The position numbers were made by a program, and so were the translations under genes. A model generated the notes under the pieces. It was not told where the DNA came from. It was given only the letters and a program-made list of their open reading frames with translations, and ran no database searches. 64,000 nt of DNA from Mycobacterium sp. (GTDB lineage Bacteria > Actinomycetota > Actinomycetes > Mycobacteriales > Mycobacteriaceae), in assembly GCF_036488105.1 (NCBI RefSeq), contig NZ_DASXHW010000390.1, positions 2,464 through 66,463 on the forward strand. Reading direction: 5' to 3'. Positions 45,021-53,267 of this stretch are shown here, in pieces (the stretch's first letter is position 1; each line of letters starts with the position of its first letter).

Positions 45021-46676
45021 TCAGGCGCTTCCGAGCTGGATAGCCTTGACTACCAACAGGATCGCTCCGATCACGAGGTATCCGCGCAACGCCAGCATGC
45101 CTACTCGCGTGCCGACGGACCAGGTAACCGGCTCCAGCAGGGCCAGTGGCGACATTCGCCATGACTCCCGATCGGCTCGGGCCAATACCTCGGAGAGCTG
45201 TTCGAGCACTGGTGGTCTGGGTCGTTGCCGTGCCTTCCACCACAGCGTGGCGAAAGTGGCTCCGGCGCAGACCGCGAAGATCATGCAAAGGCAGACAGAG
45301 ACCGAGACGATATCGAGGTTGGGAAACATCGTCGTTGCCATCAGGATTCCGGACAACAGCAGCAGTCCACTCACGATGATCCCGGCAACTAAATTGAGCC
45401 ACGGCCGATTCACCCAAGGGCCCAACACTTCCCGGTCATTGCACAGCAGCAGCAAGAATACGCTGGCGCTCGGCAGGAGCAGTCCGGCAAGAGCCTGAAC
45501 ACCGGTGGTGATCAAACCCAGTGGGGCGCCCGGGATCAGCACAATCGCTGCCGCGATGACGACCATAACGGTGTAGGACAAGTAGAACGGCTTTGCGTCG
45601 GCGAAGCCCCGATGCAGTGAATGCTTGAGTCCGAAGACATCACCGAACGCGTAGCTGCTCGCCAGGGTTACCGCCGCCGCCCCGACGATGGAGGCGTCGA
45701 GAAGCACGACGGCGAAGACCGACCCGAGCACGGAGCTGTGCTGGCCCAGCAGGTGCGCGAGCACGCCGGCGTCGACGAAACCTCCGCGGCTATTGGTGGC
45801 GCGTGCGGCCCAGTCGCCGGTCATCATCAAAGCGGCCCCGCCGATCACCACGACGAAGGCCCCCAAGGTCGTGTCGACTCGCTCGTAGCCGATGAAGCGC
45901 GGCATGATGCGCTTGTCGACGACGTTGGATTGCTGGAAGAACAACTGCCATGGCGCCACCGTGGTGCCGACGATGGCGATGATCAACAGCACCGCATCGG
46001 AAGTGAAACCACCCGCCACGCCAGGTATGACAAAGGATTTCGCGGCGTGTCCCCAATGCGGATGCGACATCATCAGCATCGGAATCTGCAGCAGGGTGAT
46101 CGTGATGAAAACCAGCATCGCGCGCTCCCAGCGCCGGAAGCTGCCGGTGGCCATGATGGCGATCAGCGCTATCGCGGCGAACGGGACTACTACGTATCGG
46201 GGTATCCCGATGTAATCAGCGGCCAGCGTGATGCCGATGAATTCCGTTATCAGAGTGAGGAAGTTCAGCAGAAACAGGTCGCCGACGGAAAACCATCCCC
46301 AGCCCCGGCCGAACCGGTCGTTGATCAATCGCGCATGCCCGACGCCGGTGACGGCACCGAGTCGGACCACCATTTCCTGGTTGACGACGAGCACCGGGAC
46401 CAACAGCAGCAGCACCCACAGCAAGCTGTACCCGTAGTTCTGCCCGGCCTGCACATAGGTTGCGACACCGCCCGCGTCGTTGTCGCCGACCATCACGATC
46501 AGGCCGGGCCCGACGATCGCCAGCAGGGTGGCGAGGCGAGTCTTGAGCGTGCGCGGACGATCGCTGTCGCTCAACCGGATCCGGCCCAGCGCACCCTCGA
46601 TATCGCCAACGTGGGCGCTGTCGAGCACTGCGGTGGGTACCGGTGCGTCGATGCTCTCGCGGTCTAGTGTGGTCAT
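45021..46676 (-). CDS. NRAMP-family divalent cation transporter, NRMT (Mg2+-type) subgroup
   Basis: GPGLIVMVGDNDAGG (not DPGN), QEMVVRLG, GTTVAPWQLFFQQS (not MPH); about 12 TM segments. Confidence 0.85.
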   Translation of the reverse strand: MTTLDRESIDAPVPTAVLDSAHVGDIEGALGRIRLSDSDRPRTLKTRLATLLAIVGPGLIVMVGDNDAGGVATYVQAGQNYGYSLLWVLLLLVPVLVVNQEMVVRLGAVTGVGHARLINDRFGRGWGWFSVGDLFLLNFLTLITEFIGITLAADYIGIPRYVVVPFAAIALIAIMATGSFRRWERAMLVFITITLLQIPMLMMSHPHWGHAAKSFVIPGVAGGFTSDAVLLIIAIVGTTVAPWQLFFQQSNVVDKRIMPRFIGYERVDTTLGAFVVVIGGAALMMTGDWAARATNSRGGFVDAGVLAHLLGQHSSVLGSVFAVVLLDASIVGAAAVTLASSYAFGDVFGLKHSLHRGFADAKPFYLSYTVMVVIAAAIVLIPGAPLGLITTGVQALAGLLLPSASVFLLLLCNDREVLGPWVNRPWLNLVAGIIVSGLLLLSGILMATTMFPNLDIVSVSVCLCMIFAVCAGATFATLWWKARQRPRPPVLEQLSEVLARADRESWRMSPLALLEPVTWSVGTRVGMLALRGYLVIGAILLVVKAIQLGSA

Positions 46677-46751
46677 GGCGGGTAACCCTTCTTGGCGCGC
46701 CAGGTGGTTGGTCGTGGCAGGTGTGCGGCAATAATGCTGCCGCTCTTGGGG

Positions 46752-47036
46752 TTAGGCCCAGCTGCCGCCGACGGCGGAGTCGGTGCTGCTCATGTTGTTG
46801 CCGGCGGTCTGGACCTTCTGGCCGTGGCTGTTGGCTTGTTCGTAGATGACCTGGCAGTTGCGGCCCAACTGGGTGATGAACTCCTGGCAGGCCACCGAAC
46901 CCGAGCCGCCCCAGAAGTCACCGGCGGCCAGCACATCGCGCACGATGGACTGGTGCTCGGCCTCCAGGGAGGCGGCCTGGGAGCGGATCAGCGCGCCGTG
47001 GGCATCGACGTCGCCGAACTGGTAACTGATCGACAT
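46752..47036 (-). CDS. esxI: ESX-5 WXG100 protein, Mtb9.9 family (EsxI-like)
   Basis: YQFGDVDAHGALIR..FWGG..VIYEQANSHGQKVQ; position at the end of ESX-5a. Confidence 0.85.
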   Translation of the reverse strand: MSISYQFGDVDAHGALIRSQAASLEAEHQSIVRDVLAAGDFWGGSGSVACQEFITQLGRNCQVIYEQANSHGQKVQTAGNNMSSTDSAVGGSWA

Positions 47037-47070
47037 GACTGGTCTCCTAAGGGGTTTGAGGGGATAGGGG

Positions 47071-47367
47071 CTAGCTGGACAGGATCTGCTGAGAGGCCTG
47101 CTCTTGGCTCTCGTAGTTGTTGGCGTCGCGGATCAGCCCGTCGCGCACCCCGTGCAGCATGTTGACGATGTTGCGGAACGCGGTGTTCATCTGGCCCATG
47201 GTGTCGTGGGACGTCATCTGCGCGGTACCGCTCCAGCTGGCACCGGCAATGTTTTGGCTGGATGCCCACATCTTGCGGGCCTCGTCCTCAACGGTCTGCG
47301 CGTGCACATCGAAACGGCCCGCCATCGACCGCATCTCGTGCGGGTCAGTCATAAAGCGTGTAGGCAT
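47071..47367 (-). CDS. esxJ: ESX-5 WXG100 protein, QILSS family (EsxJ-like)
   Basis: RFMTDPH, WSG, YESQE secretion signal, ends QILSS. Confidence 0.85.
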   Translation of the reverse strand: MPTRFMTDPHEMRSMAGRFDVHAQTVEDEARKMWASSQNIAGASWSGTAQMTSHDTMGQMNTAFRNIVNMLHGVRDGLIRDANNYESQEQASQQILSS

Positions 47368-47448
47368 ATCTATCTCCTTGCTGTGAATTGGTGCTGGTCG
47401 ATGTTTGCGTACTTGTCTGCGGAAGGCGTCGTCGCCGACCGCTACCGG

Positions 47449-48636
47449 TTAGACGAACACCTGCTTGGGCATCACCTTCGGCTTGACGCCGTAACGGGGT
47501 CCGCCGAAGCCCATCGCCGACTTGCCGCCGGCGGAGGCCATTCCGGGCATGATGCCCGGCGTGCCGCCCATACCGGTGGCGGCCTCATCGGCCGCCGCGG
47601 TCCAGCCGGTGCCCGCCAGCGTGGCGTCGGCGACCGTGGCCGACGGGGCGGCCGCAGACCACGCGGCCGGCACCGACATCCCGCCGACCTCTGCTGCACT
47701 GCCCATGCCGGCTAGCGTCGCGCCGCCCATGCCGGACGAGGCGCCCGCCAGGGTCGTGCCGAAGCCCAAACCGGCGCCCAGCGGGGTGACATCGCCGATC
47801 GTGACGCCGAAGGGAGCACCGGCAACGAAGTGGTTCAGGGTTCCCATCGCCGAGGCCATCATCATGATGCACCAAGACAGCGTCACGTCCACGGTGTTGA
47901 CGGTGTCGCCGACCGCGCCGATGCCCCAGAAGTTCTGAACCGAGTTGTACAGGCTCGTGAGTTCGCTGCTGACGCTGGGGGCCGGGTTGGCCGCAGCCGA
48001 ACTCGTGCTCTGCAGGTTGCCGAGTATCCCGTTGAGCCCGGAATTCGACGCGTTGCTGTTGACGGCGTTGGCGACCGCAGTGGATTGTGCCGCCGAGCCA
48101 CCGGGGTTGGTGTTCTGGGTCGGCTCGGTCAGCGGTGTCACCTGTGCTGTGGTTGCTCCGGTGGCTGCGTACGCCGTCAGGGCGGTGGCGTCTTGGGCCC
48201 AAAACTCTCCGTACATAGCCTCGTTGGCCGCGATCGCCGGAGTGTTCTGCCCCAGGATGTTGGTCGCAACGAGCGCCGCGAGCTGGGCCCGGTTGGCGTA
48301 CACGACTGGTGGCGGAATCGTGGCGGAAAATGCCGCTTCGTACGCTGCCGCCGAGGCGGTGGCCTTTGCGGCGGCTTCCTGCAGCTGCACCGAGGTGGTG
48401 TTGAGCCAGTCGATGCTCTGCTGGGCGGCGGCAGCCGCGGCCGCAGACGAGGAACCCGTCCATTCCGAGCCGGTGAGCTGAGAGATGATTCCCTCGTACG
48501 CGGTGGCGTTGGTGGCCAGTTCTGAACTCAGGCCGCTAAATGTCGCCGCGGCAGCCATCAGCGGTCCGGCTCCGGCACCGGAGTAAACGAGGGTGGAGTT
48601 GACCTCGGGGGGTCGCGCTGCGAAATCAAAGGCCAT
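47449..48636 (-). CDS. PPE-SVP family protein (PPE15-like)
   Basis: DFAARPPEVNS, WTG, LGQNTPAIAA, GGMSVPAAW, PRYGVKPKVMPKQV. Confidence 0.92.
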   Translation of the reverse strand: MAFDFAARPPEVNSTLVYSGAGAGPLMAAAATFSGLSSELATNATAYEGIISQLTGSEWTGSSSAAAAAAAQQSIDWLNTTSVQLQEAAAKATASAAAYEAAFSATIPPPVVYANRAQLAALVATNILGQNTPAIAANEAMYGEFWAQDATALTAYAATGATTAQVTPLTEPTQNTNPGGSAAQSTAVANAVNSNASNSGLNGILGNLQSTSSAAANPAPSVSSELTSLYNSVQNFWGIGAVGDTVNTVDVTLSWCIMMMASAMGTLNHFVAGAPFGVTIGDVTPLGAGLGFGTTLAGASSGMGGATLAGMGSAAEVGGMSVPAAWSAAAPSATVADATLAGTGWTAAADEAATGMGGTPGIMPGMASAGGKSAMGFGGPRYGVKPKVMPKQVFV

Positions 48637-48710
48637 TTCTTAGATCCTGTCTATTCATAGGTATATGAGGACGATTGGTGGTTGAGCCGACCGACGTTGG
48701 CGGCAAGAGT

Positions 48711-49619
48711 TCAGGTGATCGTCGGCTTCGGAATCGACGGCATGACCTTGGGCTTGACGCCGTACCGCGGGGCGCCGAAGCTCGAGCCTCCGCGACCGCC
48801 GTTGGCGACCGCGGGCATGCCAGCGATTCCATTCGTCATGCCACCCGTCGCCGGCGCGGGACCGGTCCAGCTCTGCGACGCCAGCGTGACCGGCGTGCTC
48901 GCTGCCGGGATCCCGGCTCCGCCGGCCCAGCTGGGCGGCACCGACAAGGCGCCGATCGAGGATCCCTGGCCCGCCGCGGCCAGCACTGGCGCGGCACCCA
49001 TGGCGCCGGCTCCACCGATACCCGCCGCGGGGGCGACGTTTCCGGCCAGGGCGGAGCCCAGGCCGCCGATGTCGGCGCCAGCGGTCGCCGGGCCGGACAG
49101 CGCGGTGAGCAAACCACCACCGCCAAGGCCGATGAGGTCCGAACCGGCCGATGCCCAGTTACCGACCTGGATGTTTCCCAGGTTGATGATGTTGCTGTTC
49201 AGGACCGAGCCGGTCAGGGCACTGTTCAAGCCGCTGATCAAGCTGGTGAGGCCGGTGATCGCGTCAGCCGGCTGGGCCGCGGCGGACGTGGCATTCGACG
49301 TCGCGCCCGACAGCGAGTTCGCGGCGGCGCCGGCCTGATTAGCCGTCTCGGTCTCCTGGTAGGAGGTTGAGCTTTGGTTCAGCAGATTCGTGAACTGCTG
49401 GTGAATCGCCTGAGCCTGGGCGCTGACCGACTGATAGAGCTGACCGTAGGTCGAAAACACCCCGGCCTGCAGGATCGACACCTCATCGCCGCCGGCAGGC
49501 GCCACGTCCGTGGTCGAGCTCGCAGCGGCCGCACTCTCCGATGCAAACGAGTTGCCGATCCCCTCAAGCTGAGCCGCCGCCGCGGCAAGCGCTGCGGGCT
49601 GTGTATTCACGAACGACAT
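48711..49619 (-). CDS. PE protein with an SVP-type C-terminus (PE8-like)
   Basis: PE domain (DEVS, YQETE secretion signal), GNWASA, GALSVPPSW, FGAPRYGVKP, as in PE8. Confidence 0.9.
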   Translation of the reverse strand: MSFVNTQPAALAAAAAQLEGIGNSFASESAAAASSTTDVAPAGGDEVSILQAGVFSTYGQLYQSVSAQAQAIHQQFTNLLNQSSTSYQETETANQAGAAANSLSGATSNATSAAAQPADAITGLTSLISGLNSALTGSVLNSNIINLGNIQVGNWASAGSDLIGLGGGGLLTALSGPATAGADIGGLGSALAGNVAPAAGIGGAGAMGAAPVLAAAGQGSSIGALSVPPSWAGGAGIPAASTPVTLASQSWTGPAPATGGMTNGIAGMPAVANGGRGGSSFGAPRYGVKPKVMPSIPKPTIT

Positions 49620-49864
49620 GTATCTCTCCTAGTGGCAACAAACCGACCCCGGTCGGGGTCGGTCACGATGGTCACTGTTCAGTGCTTTCTGGTAACCGCC
49701 AGCGGTTCCATGCGTCTACCTTGGCTTAACCTGAGCAACGCCGCATACCGCGTTAATGGCTTCTTAACGTGAGGTCCGAATTTTTAACACATGGCTGGCA
49801 GCGACCTGCCGATTTGGGCTCCTGATCAGGGCTCGGGTAGCCGACGCGCTACATTCGACGCTTG

Positions 49865-49938
49865 GCCCCCATAGCCCAATCGGCAGAGGCAGCGGACTTA
49901 AAATCCGTCAAGTGTCGGTTCGAGTCCGACTGGGGGCA
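49865..49938 (+). tRNA. leuX: tRNA-Leu(TAA), CCA not encoded
   Basis: Acceptor stem GCCCCCA/TGGGGGC, discriminator A; anticodon arm GCGGA-CTTAAAA-TCCGT; T arm GTCGG-TTCGAGT-CCGAC. Confidence 0.95.
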
Positions 49939-49958
49939 CTGGTCTACCTCGGACAATT

Positions 49959-49987
49959 CCTCAGGGTTGTCTCAGGTCGCTCTCAGG
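49959..49987 (+). promoter_or_regulatory. Triple (T/C)CTCAGG direct repeat with 11-bp period (MprA/OmpR-type box)
   Basis: CCTCAGG at 49959, TCTCAGG at 49970, TCTCAGG at 49981. Confidence 0.6.
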
Positions 49988-50301
49988 TCAGAGTTAACTG
50001 GTCGTGGCTTCGTTGTCACATATTCACCTTGACTCCGTCAAGGTCGGTGAGCCAGCGCCCTGACGGTTTCTTTACGGCCTGCAGCTCAACCGCCGGGCAG
50101 TCCGCCCCGCGGCGCATCCGGGAGATCCGGCGGGGCGCTGCGGGCTGATCAATATCCACCCGACGCGCCGGTAACCGGCGCCGTCGACGAATCGCCGGTT
50201 CTACTCATGCACGCACCGGCGTCATGTGCCGAAGCCCAGCGCCCGCTGCTATTGCGGGCTTGCCTGCCGGCAGCCTTCCAGCCGTTCGACTGGACGGAAA
50301 T

Positions 50302-50322
50302 GACATATAGACGACATATAGT
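50302..50322 (+). promoter_or_regulatory. GACATATAG direct repeat overlapping a -10 element of a leaderless promoter
   Basis: Copies at 50302 and 50313. TATAGT at 50317-50322 lies 6 nt before GTG 50329. Confidence 0.5.
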
Positions 50323-50328
50323 TGCCCG

Positions 50329-51111
50329 GTGGTTGATCAGCTCTGGGGGCCAGACCCCGCCGAGGGGCAAGAGCAGGATCGGGGGGCGCGTCGGCCAGCG
50401 GTATTCATAGCTACACCCATGTATGGGGGCATGGCTATGGGGGCTTATGTCTCGTCATTGGCGCAGACCAGTGCGATTTTCATACAAAATGGGCTCGGCC
50501 TGCTCTACCAGTACAGAATGAATGATGCCCTCGTGGCAAACGCCAGGAACCAGCTAGCGCATCAATTCCTTGAGTCCCAGGCCACTCATTTGATGTGGAT
50601 CGACGCTGATATCGGGTTCAATCCGACAGACATTGTCAGCATGGTACTGGCTGATCAGGACATTGTTTGTGGCGTGTACCCAATGAAAGCGATCGATTGG
50701 AAGCGAGTCGCTCAGGCCGTCAACGACGGCGTCCCGCCAGAAGAATTGAAAAGCCACGTGGGGGCATTCGTAGTCGACCCAATCGATGGGACCCCTGGTA
50801 GCGCCGCTGCCACCTCTGATGGACTGGTTGAGATTGCCGCTGGAGGAGCGGGATTTATGCTGGTAAAGCGCGTGGTGTTTGAAGCGCTTTCCCCCGAAGT
50901 GCCCGAGTATGCGATCGAGGGAATGGTCGTCAAGGAGTTCTACACCACCGGCATCGACCCTGAGTCGAGCGAGCTGGTTTCGGAGGATTACTACTTCTGC
51001 AGGCTTGCACGCAGCTTCGGTTTCAAAGTCTATGCGGCGCCCTGGGTGCGTTTAACGCATACCGGACCCTACATCTACGAGAGCCAACTCCAGCCGAACT
51101 GGCTGACTTAA
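50329..51111 (+). CDS. GT-A fold glycosyltransferase-like protein (paralogue 1)
   Basis: VFIATPMYGG, ARN, WIDAD (DxD), GAGFMLVKR, SEDYYFC, LTHTG. Confidence 0.75.
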   Translation: MVDQLWGPDPAEGQEQDRGARRPAVFIATPMYGGMAMGAYVSSLAQTSAIFIQNGLGLLYQYRMNDALVANARNQLAHQFLESQATHLMWIDADIGFNPTDIVSMVLADQDIVCGVYPMKAIDWKRVAQAVNDGVPPEELKSHVGAFVVDPIDGTPGSAAATSDGLVEIAAGGAGFMLVKRVVFEALSPEVPEYAIEGMVVKEFYTTGIDPESSELVSEDYYFCRLARSFGFKVYAAPWVRLTHTGPYIYESQLQPNWLT

Positions 51112-51340
51112 ACCCCAGCGGCTTAACGGGATCATCGCGGCCGATCTGGTGCTGGTCGAGGGGCGATGACACCGCGGCGGTGTGCTGCGTAACGGGCCCG
51201 AAATGGCTTGTGCGGCAATGGCCGTTGGGCGCATGGGCACGTCTGCCTGCATTTCGTCCCGCGTGGCGAGCGACGGCGACGACGGCGCAGTAAGAATCGG
51301 CAAGGTAGCGTTCTTGCCAAGCAGGATCACGGGAGGCGTC

Positions 51341-53215
51341 ATGGCGTCGGCGGAGCCGATTATCGTCGTGCTGGGCCCGCTTGGCGGCGGCACGTCGGCC
51401 GTCGCCAGCGTACTGCACCACCTTGGCGTTTTCATGGGGACCAGGTTCGACGCGAGTTATCGTGAATTGCACCAGATCTGGGAAGACGCGGAGATCAGTG
51501 CACTGTGCCGCAGGGCGATTACTTTGCCCAGCGGCGAGTTTCAGATGGAACCTGTTCTGTTCCAGGAAAAGCTCCGAACTTGGGCTGACGAGCATCGCCG
51601 TGCCGCCCACATCGCGGGACTGCGCCCTGGGGTCAAGCACCCACTGCTTTGCCTTGCGGTTGATCTGCTCGCTGACGCGTGGGGACCGTTCGCGCCGGTG
51701 GTGGTGGAGCGGCCGTTCGCGAAGATCGTGGCAACGCTGAATCGGCTCGATTGGTTCGAAGATGAACGGGAGCGGGCGGAGTCAATGAGACGTCTCATCG
51801 CCGCGCGCGACCTTTCCTTGGCCAGCACTGCGAAGGTCAGAGTCGACTTCGAGGAACTGCGCGCCAACCCCGTCCCGGTAATCCGCCGCCTCGCCGACGA
51901 ACTGGGCCTTGACGTGACACACGCCCAAGTGGAAGCGGCCACGAATAGTATTGTGGGAACGGCCGACATGCCGCGCGACGTCGACCCATTTCAGCGTTTC
52001 ATCGATCAACTGCTGCCCGCGGTAGAGCGCAATCCTGACGACGCTCAATCGGTCTCCTTGCTGGCCCAGGTCTACTTTGATTCGTGCGATTACCTCAACG
52101 CGCGCAAGTGGTTTGCACGCAAGATCGAGATCGGCTGCCAGACTGACGAGGAGACTTTCGTGGCGATGCTTCGGGTCGCGCAGTCGATAGAAGAACTCGG
52201 TGCGGATTGGCACGAGGTGCAGGAAGCATATCTGAGCGCTTGGGAGTTTCGACCGACCCGCGCAGAACCCCTCTACTGCATCGCCAAGTACTACTTCAAC
52301 GAGAAGCGCTATCAGCTCGGCTACCTGTTCGCCGAGCGCGCCGCCAGAATCCCGCTTCCTGACGATGACATGATTGTGCCCTATCCCGATATCTATGCCT
52401 GGCGTGCGGCCGACGCCCAGGCGAAAGCGGCGTTCTGCATCGGCGAGCATACCGAGGCGTTCACGCTGTGGCGGTTCCTGCTGGGCCGCCCCGACATCCC
52501 CGACTACGACCGGCAACGAATCGTGGCAAACCGCGACCAAGCGGTGCCAGCCATGCTCGATGCGGTGTCATCCTACCCGGATACGTTGGCGCGCAACCTG
52601 ATCGCGGTGCCAGGCGATCCGGAGGTCACCGTCAGCCTGGTCGCCGGACCGGACCTGGTTGCCACCCAGCAGACACTCAACTCGTTTCTGAACTGCTGCG
52701 GCGACGTGTCGGCGGTTGGGCGCTTCCTGATGATCGACGGGGGCCTGTCTGACCCCGAACGCGAGATGCTGAGTGCGCTCTACGAATTCCTCGAGTTCGC
52801 CGAACCCGGCACCCACTTGGCAGCAATCCGCGAGGAGATCAAGGGACGGTTCTGGTTGCATCTTGGCCAAGGTTGGTGCTTTTTCGCACCGGAAAACCTG
52901 ATCACCCGGCTTACCGCGGTACTCGGTGCCGAGACACAAGTATTGCAAGTGGGAATCAACCTTGCCGACGCGGTCACCCTCACCGCCACCAGCGCGCCTG
53001 AGGCGACGGTACGCCGAACCCCCGATGCCGGCCGTTATGTCCTGACCGACACGTTAGCCAGAGGCCCTGCGATGTTCGATACCGCGCGGCTAGACCAAGC
53101 CGGCGGTGTTGGTGGCGCTGAACCAGACCCGATTGCCGAACTCGCGCGACGAGCAGCTGCCGCCGGGCTACGGGCCGCCAGCCTCGACGAAGTACTCTGC
53201 ATCACTGCGGGGTAG
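51341..53215 (+). CDS. Sulfotransferase-like domain, TPR region and degenerate GT-like C-terminal domain in one fusion protein
   Basis: IVVLGPLGGGTSAVASVL, GVKHP, VDFEELRANP; TPR helices (LAQVYFD, AWEFRPTRAEPLY); GGAGG RBS before ATG 51341. Confidence 0.7.
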   Translation: MASAEPIIVVLGPLGGGTSAVASVLHHLGVFMGTRFDASYRELHQIWEDAEISALCRRAITLPSGEFQMEPVLFQEKLRTWADEHRRAAHIAGLRPGVKHPLLCLAVDLLADAWGPFAPVVVERPFAKIVATLNRLDWFEDERERAESMRRLIAARDLSLASTAKVRVDFEELRANPVPVIRRLADELGLDVTHAQVEAATNSIVGTADMPRDVDPFQRFIDQLLPAVERNPDDAQSVSLLAQVYFDSCDYLNARKWFARKIEIGCQTDEETFVAMLRVAQSIEELGADWHEVQEAYLSAWEFRPTRAEPLYCIAKYYFNEKRYQLGYLFAERAARIPLPDDDMIVPYPDIYAWRAADAQAKAAFCIGEHTEAFTLWRFLLGRPDIPDYDRQRIVANRDQAVPAMLDAVSSYPDTLARNLIAVPGDPEVTVSLVAGPDLVATQQTLNSFLNCCGDVSAVGRFLMIDGGLSDPEREMLSALYEFLEFAEPGTHLAAIREEIKGRFWLHLGQGWCFFAPENLITRLTAVLGAETQVLQVGINLADAVTLTATSAPEATVRRTPDAGRYVLTDTLARGPAMFDTARLDQAGGVGGAEPDPIAELARRAAAAGLRAASLDEVLCITAG

Positions 53216-53267
53216 CGTCTACCGCCAGTGCCTACCAGGGTGACCGTCAATCGGTGGTTCTCCGCGC

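Noticed and set aside
48711-49619. Apparent novel PE/PPE-SVP chimera
   Set aside because: This is the known architecture of PE8.
49620-49864. M-box (ykoK) riboswitch expected upstream of a PE-PPE-mgtC run
   Set aside because: The conserved core motifs are not visible on the minus strand.
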